The position numbers were made by a program, and so were the translations under genes. From positions 21,700,001 through 21,764,000 of the forward strand of contig OZ024752.1 of assembly GCA_964016885.1 (NCBI GenBank): DNA of 64,000 nt, in the 5' to 3' direction. The first letter of the stretch is position 1, and every line of letters begins with the position of its first letter. Below, piece by piece: positions 51,105 through 64,000 of this stretch. This DNA comes from Eledone cirrhosa. Lineage: Eukaryota. The notes beneath the pieces are model-generated. The model ran no database searches, was not told the origin of the DNA, and worked only from the letters and a program-made list of their open reading frames with translations.

Positions 51105-51516
51105 TAGACACTTAGACCAGTTAGTGAACACATCTATTGTTTGTTTTGTTCTGAACTGCTTTTGTTTTTACATTTGAAAAGGGGGTTGTAACCCAATTTC
51201 TTTGTAATTTTATTGCTTTATAACGCAATAAAATTACAAAGAAATTGGCCAAGTTTGAACATTTAAAATTTATTTGTTTTTATTATAAAAAGCCGTCACT
51301 GTTCATATATTAACAATCTAATAGTCAAATAAGTTGAGTAAATTTATCCACCGCATTCAATTATTTTATATAATAGATATAATGGACAAAAGATGACATG
51401 TAAAACTATTTTAACATAATATTTCAGGGCTACAACCCTCTTTTCAAATGTAAAAACAAAAGCAGTTCAGAACAAAACAAACAATCGATGTGGTCACTAA
51501 CTGGTCTAAGTGTCTA
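51105..51516. repeat. Inverted repeat IR4: 90-bp arms 51105-51194 and 51427-51516, with a nested perfect 24-bp hairpin at 51193-51248
   Basis: TAGACACTTAGACCAGTTAGTGA... pairs with ...TCACTAACTGGTCTAAGTGTCTA; inner CCAATTTCTTTGTAATTTTATTGC-tttataac-GCAATAAAATTACAAAGAAATTGG. Confidence 0.94.
51414..51451 (-). ncRNA. Degenerate minimal hammerhead-like motif at the inner edge of IR4
   Basis: ACAT TTGAAAA g AGGGT tgta GCCCT GAAA TA TT ATGT: stems I and II are present, but the core has two changes from CTGAAGA. Confidence 0.4.
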
Positions 51517-51651
51517 AAATACGTGTGGAGCCATTATTGTAGCTAATCTGCTTTGTGCAGTTCCAGTCTATTTTATAGTTAATATATCTACTGTGACAAC
51601 AACTTGTGATAATAAAACCTAATACATCTCAAATATATATATATGTGTGTT

Positions 51652-51692
<41 letters not shown>

Positions 51693-52023
51693 TGACTACT
51701 TTTGTGTGGTATTGTTCAAGTTTAAAACTGTTTTAGAAGCATGATGGCCCTCTTATTGTATGGACATGATGTCACTCCCCCTGTCTAGTTTTTTCACTTT
51801 ATTACTTTCCCTCTTTAACACTCACACTACCTATACACTATTTTATATGCAACCAATATATATATATATATAATATAAAACGAAAAATCAGTGATGCATC
51901 TGGACTCAGTTTATTGTGCGTTACAATTGTTTCGCTGGCAGATAGCTCGAGACACGATCATTGTGTGGATCTGTCTGATTCTAGATCTGCAGGTTCGTCA
52001 GACACAGGCATATATATATATAT

Positions 52024-52024
<1 letters not shown>

Positions 52025-52070
<46 letters not shown>

Positions 52071-52353
52071 TTCATTTTACGTCCGCTTTTTCCCTGCTTG
52101 CTAGGGTGGCACGGGAACTGATGCTGCTTGATTTCTACAGCTGGATGCCCTTCCTAACACCAACCTCATTTACAGTGAGTGGTGAGTGCGTTTTTGCCGT
52201 GGCACCTCCACGACCACTTTGCAGTGGTATGATATGGACCCCAGTCCCTATCATCACATTTCTACAGCTGAGTAAACTGGAGCAATGTGAAATAAAGTGT
52301 CTTGCTCAAGGAAACAACACATCACCCGGTCTGAGAATTGAACTCACAACCTT

Positions 52354-52358
<5 letters not shown>
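52025..52358 (-). mobile_element. tRNA-derived CORE-type SINE with RTE-like 3' end and (GAT)n tail, 5'-truncated
   Basis: Minus strand: B-box-like GAGTTCAATTCT, CORE-like TGTTTCCTTGAGCAAGACACTT, then GGTTGGTGTTAGGAAGGGCATCCAGCTGTAGAAA shared with the RTE 3' UTR, ending GGACGTAAAATGAAATGATGAT. Confidence 0.75.
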
Positions 52359-52401
<43 letters not shown>

Positions 52402-52404
<3 letters not shown>

Positions 52405-52900
52405 TCATCATCATCATCATCGTTTAACGTCCGTGTTCCACGCTTGCATGGGTTTGGACGGGGGTTTTCCCACTTGAGGCAAGAGTGATTGTCTTGCTCG
52501 CATAGGACTGTCTGGCGGGTTTTCTACAGCTGGATGCCCTTCCTAACACCAACCACATTTACAGTGTGGGGCTGGGAGGTTTTTACCGTGTTGCCTACAC
52601 GGCCACATTACAGCGTGGACTGTCTGGCGGGTTTTCTACAGCTGGATGCCCTTCCTAACACCAACCACATTTACAGTGTGGGTCTGGGAGGTTTTTACCG
52701 TGTTGCCTACACGGCCACATTACAGCGTGGACTGTGTGTTTTTTTGTCGTGACACCTACACGATCTCATTTGTTTCGGCCTGGATGTTGTGGCACCAACA
52801 TAACATTACATTGAAAGGGGCGGTGTGGATGGGGTGGGGGTGGTGGGACGGGGGTGTATTTTGTTAGAGATGCCTACTGACTGTAGTAGGTTTTACTTTC
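52402..52900 (-). mobile_element. RTE 3' UTR-only copy (homologous to ~45865-46250) with an internal 112-bp tandem duplication
   Basis: High similarity to 45885-46250; GGACTGT recurs at 52505, 52617 and 52729. Confidence 0.9.
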
Positions 52901-53344
52901 TGATCTCTCTCCAGCCCATCGGTTCATTCATTCATATTTATTCTATTCTATAATTCTGTCTGGTTGTTTCTAAATAATCTTCTTGTATTTTTAACTATAT
53001 TTTTAACTACCCCACTTTTGGCCGAAAAAATGCTAGGGTTGATAAAATGGCCTCTTATCCTTTACCCCCCGTCCCCACTATAGCGTGTTACGCGCTGGCT
53101 AGTTCAATATATTCATTCATTTATTATGCATAAGTATCAAGTCTTGATACTCGGGAGGTTAACTTGTGCACACACAGGATCATCAGTCAAGACAGGTGAA
53201 ACTCCAGAGTAACAACACTCACTATTTAGCCTAAATAAATGAATATTTAAACTCTACTTTGGTATTGATTACTCTTTTCTCTTGATTGCCAACTACATAT
53301 ATATTTATATATATAATTTGGTCTACCTTGCTTCTATTACTTAA

Positions 53345-53565
53345 CCCTTTAGCATTTAAACCGGCCATATCCGGCCAAAACTCTCTCACCTCTTTCTGTT
53401 CAAACCGGCTGTAACTGGTCATGCATACCTACATTAAGGTATTGTTCTCAAAATAAATGACATCAAAATCTCATAAATTCGATATTACGTGAGATAATTA
53501 TGTAAGATAAAGCCTTTACAGTGAAAATACAATAGTAAATATAAAGTAATGCAAATGCTAAAGGG
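53345..53565. mobile_element. 221-bp piggyBac-type MITE with 13-bp TIRs and TTAA flanks
   Basis: TTAA-CCCTTTAGCATTT ... AAATGCTAAAGGG-TTAA; TTAA target duplication and CCC/GGG termini are piggyBac hallmarks; related copies at 34155-34557. Confidence 0.9.
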
Positions 53566-53861
53566 TTAAACTATACGTCATATGATTATTACTCACACTA
53601 CCACTAACACCACTGCCAACACTACCACCACTCACAACATCAACAAACACATTTCTCCAACTACAACCCAGCACAATCCCACTTACATCCTAAAATCTAC
53701 TATTCACAACCAAACTACCACAATATAGAACGCAACCACCATTATCATACACCATGTGTACCCTTACTCATAACATCACTATCACCCTCAACACTTGCAC
53801 CACAAATCCCTATTCACATTATCGCCACCAATACTGCTCACAGCTTCCTGCTACTATTCAG

Positions 53862-53987
53862 GCCTTTACACCAACACCAATGGTGTAAACGCCACTGAAT
53901 GTCAAACAGTAATATACCAGAATTGTTTCCAGTCTTCTATTTTACTTCCAGTGTACAGTACAGTCCTGGTCCACCATCTTACTCCAG
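53862..53987 (+). CDS. Candidate 126-nt phase 1-1 exon (GLYTNTNGVNATECQTVIYQNCFQSSILLPVYSTVLVHHLTPG), possibly part of a fibronectin type III domain
   Basis: Acceptor cttcctgctactattcAG, donor CAG|GTAAAC, open frame, symmetric phase 1; the ending V.V..LTPG resembles the FN3 L.PG.Y corner; N-glycosylation sequon NAT. Domain call is an inference. Confidence 0.55.
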
Positions 53988-54180
53988 GTAAACAACATTT
54001 CTAACCCTCCTTGTCCCTGGGGCAGCTCGTAGATTTAGATGATATTAGTGACTGATCTCACATGGAAGGACACAATATATATATTGAAGGACACTATATA
54101 TATATCAGAAAGGAGGTGGTAAAAACAAGTTAGAAAATTACTCACCAGAGTACTCAATATTTGGGGTAGTAGAGTGGGTA

Positions 54181-54305
54181 ATATGAAAAATTCAGGAAAC
54201 AGACGGCTGAGCTCCAGCTGTTTCAACAACTAGATCCAAACTGAGTTCGGATCTAGCTGCTGAAAAGGCCAAAGCTCAGCTATTGGGGTCCCGAATTTTT
54301 CATAT
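54181..54305 (-). other. ~125-nt imperfect fold-back structure between (AT)n tracts
   Basis: ATATGAAAAATTC/GAATTTTTCATAT outer stem, GCTGAGCT/AGCTCAGC middle stem, TTTCAaCAaCTAGATCC/GGATCTAGcTGcTGAAA inner stem whose mismatches become G-U pairs on the minus strand. Confidence 0.7.
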
Positions 54306-54439
54306 ATATAAATTTATATATTGTTTAAACAGAGAAGAAAAACAAGATATACACACTCAATTAGATGCTACAATAGGGAATGCAGAGAGTACCCCTCGAA
54401 ACATTGTTGAGACAAGTCAACACACTCAGGGCTTTACTG

Positions 54440-54622
54440 TGGGTGATAGTGATGCTAACATGTTGGAATAGTTAAGTCCAATGCATAGAGTTACGTCCCT
54501 TTATGATCTGAGTTCAAATCCCACATAGGTTAACTTTGCCTTTCATCCTTACGAGATCGATAAAATAAAGTACCAGTAATGTACTGTGGGATACCTGGCC
54601 TTGTGCCAGAAGTAGAAACTTA
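54440..54622 (+). mobile_element. Diverged Nin/Deu-core tRNA SINE copy
   Basis: GATCTGAGTTCAAATCC and GCCTTTCATCCTTACGAGATCGATAAAATAAAGTACCAG, 3' end GGCCTTGTGCCAGAAGTAGAAAC. Confidence 0.8.
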
Positions 54623-54681
54623 TATACATCACCGCATGCTACAATAAACATTTTGAATGTCACAGGCTAAAAAACGTAGTT

Positions 54682-57600
54682 TACAATACCAACAGTACTA
54701 CAACACCTACACTACTACAACAACAACACTACTACAACACCAACACTAATACTGCACCTACACTACTACAACACCAACACTACTACAATACCAACACTAC
54801 TACAACACCTACACTACTACAAAACCAACACTTCTACAACACCTACACTACTACAACACCAACACTACTACAACACTGTACCACTAATACAAAAGTAACA
54901 CTACTACCACACCAACACTAATACAACACTACTACAACACCAACGCTACTACAACACCAACACTCCCACAATACCAACATTACTACACCACCAACGCTAC
55001 TACAACACCAACACTACTACAACACCAACACTACTACAATGCCAACACTACTACAACACAAACACTACTACAACACCAACACTACCTACAGGACGATACC
55101 ACTACTACAACACGAACACTACTACAACACCATCACAACTACAACACCAACACTACTAGAACACCAACACTACTACAACACCAACACTACTACAACACTA
55201 ACACCACTACAACACCTACACTATTACAACACCAACACTACTGCAATACCAACATTACTACACCACCAATATTACTACAACACCAACACTACTACAATAC
55301 TAACACCACTACAACACCAACACTACTACAACACCAACACGACTACAACACTAACACTACTAAAACACCAAAACTACTACACCTCCAACACTACTACCAC
55401 ACCAACACTACTGCAACACCAACACTACTACAATACCAACACTACTGCAACAACATACCACTACTACAACAACAATACTACAACACCAACACTACTACAA
55501 CAACAACACTAGTACAACACCAACACTACTACAACACCAATACTACTACGACACCAACACTACTATAACACCAATACCACTACAACACCAACACTACTAC
55601 AACACCAACACTACTACAACAACAACACTAGTACAACACCAACACTACTACAACACCAATACTACTACAACACCAACACTACTACAACACCAATACCACT
55701 ACAACACCAACACTACTGCAACACCAACACTACAACAACAACACTACTACAACAACAAACTTACTACAACACCAACACTACTACAACACCAACACTACTA
55801 CACCACCAACACTACTACAACACCAACACTACTACAACAACAACACTACTACACGCCATCACTAATACAACACCAACACTGCTACACCACCAACCCTACT
55901 ACAACACCAACAGTACTACAACATGACTACAACACTGACACTAAAACAACACCAACACTACTACAACACAAATACTACTACAGCACCAACACTACTACAA
56001 CACCAACACTACTACAACACCAACACTACTACAACACCAACATTACTGCAACACCAACACTACTACAACAACAACACTACTGCAACATCAACACTACTAC
56101 AACAACACTACTACAACAACATAACACTACTACAACACCAACACGACTACATCAACACTACTGCAACACCAAAACTACTACAACACCATCACTATTACAA
56201 CACCAACACTACTAGAACACCAACACTACTACAACACCAACACTACTGCAATACAAACATTACTACACCACCAATATTACTACAACACCAACATTACTAC
56301 AACACTAACACCACTACAACACCAACACTACTACACCACCAACACTACTACAACACCAAAACTACTACAACACCAACACTACTACAACACCAACACAACT
56401 ACAACACTAACACTACTAAAACACCAACACTACTACACCCCCAACGCTACTACCACACCAACACTACTGCAACACCAACACTACTACAACACCAACACAA
56501 CTACAACACCAACACTACTGCAACAACTTACCACTACTACAAAACCAACACTACTACAAGACCAACACTACTACAACAACAACACTACTACACCACCAAC
56601 ACTACTACAACACCAACACAACTACCCCACCAACACTAATACAACATCAACACTACAACAACACCAACACTACTAAAACACCAACACTACTACAAAACTA
56701 TGCAACTACTACAACACCAACACGAATACAACACCAACACAACTACAACACCAACACTACTACAACACTGACACTACAACAACACCAACACTACGACAAC
56801 ACCAACACTACTAGAACACCTACACAACTACAACATCAACATTACAACAACACCAACACTACTACAACACCAACACTACTACAACACTGACACTACAACA
56901 ACACCAACACTACTAAAATACCAACAGTATTACAACACCAACACTACTACACCACCAACACTACTACAACACCAAACCACTACTACACCACCAACACTAC
57001 TACAACACCAACGCTACTACAACACAAACACTATTACAACACCAACACTACTACAACAATAACACTATTACAACACCAACACTATTACAACACCAACACT
57101 ACTACAACACCATACCACTACTACAACACCAACACTACTTAACACCAACACTACTACAACAGCAACACTACTACAACACCAACACTACTACAACACCAAC
57201 ACTACTACAACGCCAACACTACTACAACACCAGCACTACTACAATACAAACACTAATACAACACCAACACTAGTTTCAACACCAACACTACTACAAAACA
57301 AATACTACTACAACACCAACACTACTACAACAACAACACTACTACACCACCAACACTACTACAACAACAACACTACTACACCACCAACACTACTACACCA
57401 CCAACCCTACTACAACACCAACACTACTACAACACCAACACGACTACAACACTGACACTACTACAACACCGTACCATTACTACAATACCAATACTAATAC
57501 AACACAAACACTGCAACAACACCAACACTACTATAACACCAACACTAGTTAACACCAACACTACTACAATACCAACACTACTACAACACCAACACTACTT

Positions 57601-60600
57601 CAACACCATACCACTAATACAACACCAACACTACTACAATACCAACACTACTACAACACCAAAACTACTTCAACACCATACCACTAATACAACACCAACA
57701 CTACTACAATACCAACACTACTACAACACCAAAACCACTACAACACTGACACTACAACAACACCAACACTACTACAACACCAGCACTACTACAACACCTA
57801 AACTACTACAACACCAACACTACTACAACACCTACACTACTACAACACCATACCACTACTACAACACCAACACAACAACAACATAAACACTACAACAACA
57901 CCATACAACTACTACAACACCATCACTACTACAACACCAACACTACAAACCAAACACTACAACAACACCATACCACTATGACAACACCAATACTAATACA
58001 ACACAAACGCTGCCACAACACCAACACTACTACAGCACCAATACTACTACAACACCAACACTACTACAACACCAACACTACTACAAAAAACCAACACTAC
58101 TACAACAACAACACTACTACACCACCAACACTAATACAACACCAACACTACTACACCACCAACACTACTACAACATCAACACTACAACAACACCAACACT
58201 ACTACAACACCAACACGACTACAACACTAACACTACTAAAACACCAAAACTACTACACCTCCAACACTACTACCACACCAACACTACTGCAACACCAACA
58301 CTACTACAATACCAACACTACTGCAACAACATACCACTACTACAACAACAATACTACAACACCAACACTACTACAACAACAACACTAGTACAACACCAAC
58401 ACTACTACAACACCAATACTACTACGACACCAACACTACTATAACACCAATACCACTACAACACCAACACTACTACAACACCAACACTACTACAACAACA
58501 ACACTAGTACAACACCAACACTACTACAACACCAATACTACTACAACACCAACACTACTACAACACCAATACCACTACAACACCAACACTACTGCAACAC
58601 CAACACTACAACAACAACACTACTACAACAACAAACTTACTACAACACCAACACTACTACAACACCAACACTACTACAACAACAACACTACTACACGCCA
58701 TCACTAATACAACACCAACACTGCTACACCACCAACCCTACTACAACACCAACAGTACTACAACATGACTACAACACTGACACTAAAACAACACCAACAC
58801 TACTACAACACAAATACTACTACAGCACCAACACTACTACAACACCAACACTACTACAACACCAACACTACTACAACACCAACATTACTGCAACACCAAC
58901 ACTACTACAACAACAACACTACTGCAACATCAACACTACTACAACAACACTACTACAACAACATAACACTACTACAACACCAACACGACTACATCAACAC
59001 TACTGCAACACCAAAACTACTACAACACCATCACTATTACAACACCAACACTACTAGAACACCAACACTACTACAACACCAACACTACTGCAATACAAAC
59101 ATTACTACACCACCAATATTACTACAACACCAACATTACTACAACACTAACACCACTACAACACCAACACTACTACACCACCAACACTACTACAACACCA
59201 AAACTACTACAACACCAACACTACTACAACACCAACACAACTACAACACTAACACTACTAAAACACCAACACTACTACACCCCCAACGCTACTACCACAC
59301 CAACACTACTGCAACACCAACACTACTACAACACCAACACAACTACAACACCAACACTACTGCAACAACTTACCACTACTACAAAACCAACACTACTACA
59401 AGACCAACACTACTACAACAACAACACTACTACACCACCAACACTACTACAACACCAACACAACTACCCCACCAACACTAATACAACATCAACACTACAA
59501 CAACACCAACACTACTAAAACACCAACACTACTACAAAACTATGCAACTACTACAACACCAACACTAATACAACACCAACACAACTACAACACCAACACT
59601 ACTACAACACTGACACTACAACAACACCAACACTACGACAACACCAACACTACTAGAACACCTACACAACTACAACATCAACATTACAACAACACCAACA
59701 CTACTACAACACCAACACTACTACAACACTGACACTACAACAACACCAACACTACTAAAATACCAACAGTATTACAACACCAACACTACTACACCACCAA
59801 CACTACTACAACACCAAACCACTACTACACCACCAACACTACTACAACACCAACGCTACTACAACACAAACACTATTACAACACCAACACTACTACAACA
59901 ATAACACTATTACAACACCAACACTATTACAACACCAACACTACTACAACACCATACCACTACTACAACACCAACACTACTTAACACCAACACTACTACA
60001 ACAGCAACACTACTACAACACCAACACTACTACAACACCAACACTACTACAACGCCAACACTACTACAACACCAGCACTACTACAATACAAACACTAATA
60101 CAACACCAACACTAGTTTCAACACCAACACTACTACAAAACAAATACTACTACAACACCAACACTACTACAACAACAACACTACTACACCACCAACACTA
60201 CTACAACAACAACACTACTACACCACCAACACTACTACACCACCAACCCTACTACAACACCAACACTACTACAACACCAACACGACTACAACACTGACAC
60301 TACTACAACACCGTACCATTACTACAATACCAATACTAATACAACACAAACACTGCAACAACACCAACACTACTATAACACCAACACTAGTTAACACCAA
60401 CACTACTACAATACCAACACTACTACAACACCAACACTACTTCAACACCATACCACTAATACAACACCAACACTACTACAATACCAACACTACTACAACA
60501 CCAAAACTACTTCAACACCATACCACTAATACAACACCAACACTACTACAATACCAACACTACTACAACACCAAAACCACTACAACACTGACACTACAAC

Positions 60601-63600
60601 AACACCAACACTACTACAACACCAGCACTACTACAACACCTAAACTACTACAACACCAACACTACTACAACACCTACACTACTACAACACCATACCACTA
60701 CTACAACACCAACACAACAACAACATAAACACTACAACAACACCATACAACTACTACAACACCATCACTACTACAACACCAACACTACAAACCAAACACT
60801 ACAACAACACCATACCACTATGACAACACCAATACTAATACAACACAAACGCTGCCACAACACCAACACTACTACAGCACCAATACTACTACAACACCAA
60901 CACTACTACAACACCAACACTACTACAAAAAACCAACACTACTACAACAACAACACTACTACACCACCAACACTAATACAACACCAACACTACTACACCA
61001 CCAACACTACTACAACATCAACACTACAACAACACCAACACTACTACAACACCAACACTACTACAACACCAACACTACTACAAAACTATACAACTACTAC
61101 AACACCAACACTGCTACAACACTGACACTACAACAACACCAACACTACGACAACACTGACATTACAACAACACCAACACTACGACAACCCCAACACTACT
61201 AGAACATCAACACTACAACAACACCAACACTACTACAACACCAACACGACTACAACACCAACACTACTATAACACCAACACTACTACAACACCAACACTA
61301 TTACAACACCAACACTACTACTACACCAAAAGTGCTACAACACTGACACTACAACAACACCAACAGCTCAACAACACCAACACTACTACAACACCAACCC
61401 TACTACAACACCAAACCACTACTACACCACCAACACAACTACAACACCAACACTATTACAACACCAACACTACTACAACCCAGACACTACTACAACACCA
61501 ACCCTACTACAACACCAAACCACTACTACAACACCAACACTACTACAACACCAACACTATTACAACACCAAAACTACTACAACACAGACACTACTACAAC
61601 CCCGCCACTACTACAACACCGACACTACTACAATACCAACACTACTACACCACCAACAGTACTACAACATTGACACTACTACGACACCAACACCACAACA
61701 AGACCAACACTACTACAACACCAACACTATTACAACACTACTACAACACCAACTCTACTACAACACCAACACTATAACAACACCAACACCACTACAACAC
61801 CAAAACTACAACGCCATCAACAATACTACAACACCTACACCACTACAACACCATACCACTACTACAACACGCACACTACTACAACACCAACACTACTACA
61901 ATACCAACACTACTACAACACCTACGCTACTACAAAACCAACACTTCTACAACATCTACACTACTACAACACCAACACTACTACAACACCGTACCACTAA
62001 TACAAAAGTAACACTACTACCACACCAACACTAATACAACACTACTACAACACAACCACTACTACAACACCAACACTACTACAACACCAATGCTACTACA
62101 ACACCAACACTCCCACAATACCAACATTACTACACCACCAACGCTACTACAACACCAACACTACTACAACGCCAACACTACTACAACACAAACACTACTA
62201 CAACACCAACACTACCTACAAGACGATACCACTACTACAACACGAACACTACTACAACACCATCACAACTACAACACCAACACTACTAGAACACCAACAC
62301 TACTACAACACCAACACTACTACAACACTAACACCACTACAACACCTACACTATTACAACACCAACACTACTGCAATACCAACATTACTACACCACCAAT
62401 ATTACTACAACACCAACACTACTACAATACTAACACCACTACAACAACAACACTACTACAACACCAACACTACTACAACACCAACATGACTACAACACTA
62501 ACACTACTAAAACACCAACACTACTACACCTCCAACACTACTACCACACCAACACAACTGCAACACCAACACTACTACAACACCAACACTACTGCAACAA
62601 CATACCACTACTACAACAACACTACTACAACACCAACACTACTACAACAACAACACTAGTACAACACCAACACTACTACAACACCAATACTACTACGACA
62701 CCAACACTACTACAACACCAATACCACTACAACACCAACACTACTACAACACCAACACTACTACAACAACAACACTAGTACAACACCAACACTACTACAA
62801 CACCAATACTACTACAACACCAACACTACTACAACACCAATACCACTACAACAGCAACACTACTGCAACACCAACACTTCAACAACAACACTACTACAAC
62901 AACAAAACTTACTACAACACCAACACTACTACAACACCAACACTACTACAACAACAACACTACTACACGCCATCACTATTACAACACCAACACTACTACA
63001 CCACCAAACCTACTACAACACCAACACTACTACAACATGACTACAACACTGACACTAAAACAACACCAACACTACTACAACACAAATACTACTACAGCAC
63101 CAACACTACTACAACACCAACACTACTACAACACCAACACTACTACAACACCAACATTACTGCAACACCAACACTACTACAACAACAACACTACTGCAAC
63201 ATCAACACTACTACAACAACACTACTACAACAACACTACTACAACAACATAACACTACTAGAACACCAACACTACTACACCAACACTACTGCAACACCAA
63301 AACTACAACAACACCATCACTATTACAACACCAACACTACTAGAACACCAACACTACTACAACACCAACACTACTGCAATACAAACATTACTACACCACC
63401 AATATTACTACAACACCAACATTACTACAGCACTAACACCACTCCAACACCAACATTATTACACCACCAACACTACTACAACACCAACACTACTACAACA
63501 CCAACACTACTACAACACCAACACAACTACAACACTAACACTACTAAAACACCAACACTACTACACCCCCAACGCTACTACCACACCAACACTACTACAA

Positions 63601-64000
63601 CACCAACACTACTACAACACCAACACAACTACAACACCAACACTACTAAAACACCAACACTACTACACCCCCAACACTACTACCACACCAACACTACTGC
63701 AACACCAACACTACTACAACACCAACACAACTACAACACCAACACTACTGCAACAACTTACCACTACTACAAAACCAACACTACTACAAGACCAACACTA
63801 CTACAACAACAACACTACTACACCACCAACACTACAACAACACCAACACTACTACAACACCAACACTACTACAACACCAACACTACTACAAAACTATAGA
63901 ACTACTACAACACCAACACTAATACAACACCAACACAACTACAACACCAACACTACTACAACACTGACACTACAACAACACCAACACTACGACAACACCA
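54682..64000. repeat. 17-bp minisatellite (ACAACACCAACACTACT)n, roughly 550 degenerate copies, with ~2.85-kb and ~7.1-kb higher-order duplications; runs off the window end
   Basis: 17-nt period gives the 17-aa TTTTPTLLQHQHYYNTN cycle; identical ORFs at 55923 and 58765 (offset 2842); marker GTACCACTAATACAAAAGTAACA at 54878 and 61991 (offset 7113). Confidence 0.96.

Noticed and set aside
55039-63252. His/Gln/Tyr/Thr-rich repetitive protein ORFs
   Set aside because: The 17-bp unit is not a multiple of three, so the same peptide appears in all frames; frequent indels and stops.

Overview
Eukaryotic, repeat-dominated DNA. The SINE types (Nin/Deu-core and CORE tRNA SINEs), a TTAA-flanked MITE and the microsatellite load suggest a coleoid cephalopod such as Octopus; this is an inference. 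About 43 kb is three tandem arrays: an (AAC)n-derived compound minisatellite (1-12305), a 53-bp satellite of about 410 copies with higher-order repeats (12368-34131) and a 17-bp minisatellite (54682-64000). The 34-55 kb interval holds decayed non-LTR retrotransposons (R4/Dong-type with RLE endonuclease, RTE, CR1-like), SINEs, MITEs, and a few exon-like islands on both strands, some with stop codons. No complete intact gene is visible, and nearly all long ORFs in the track are repeat artefacts. Best leads: (1) the 53-bp monomer equals the last 46 nt of a minus-strand exon-like segment plus the first 7 nt of its intron, i.e. an amplified splice donor; (2) four unrelated inverted repeats at 48.5-51.5 kb, in (AT)n context, each carry a hammerhead-ribozyme-like motif of the Penelope type, one inside a near-perfect 508-bp palindrome; (3) two nearly complementary halves of an R4/Dong LINE lie in permuted order, each abutting a SINE. 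All analysis was by eye, with no database searches.
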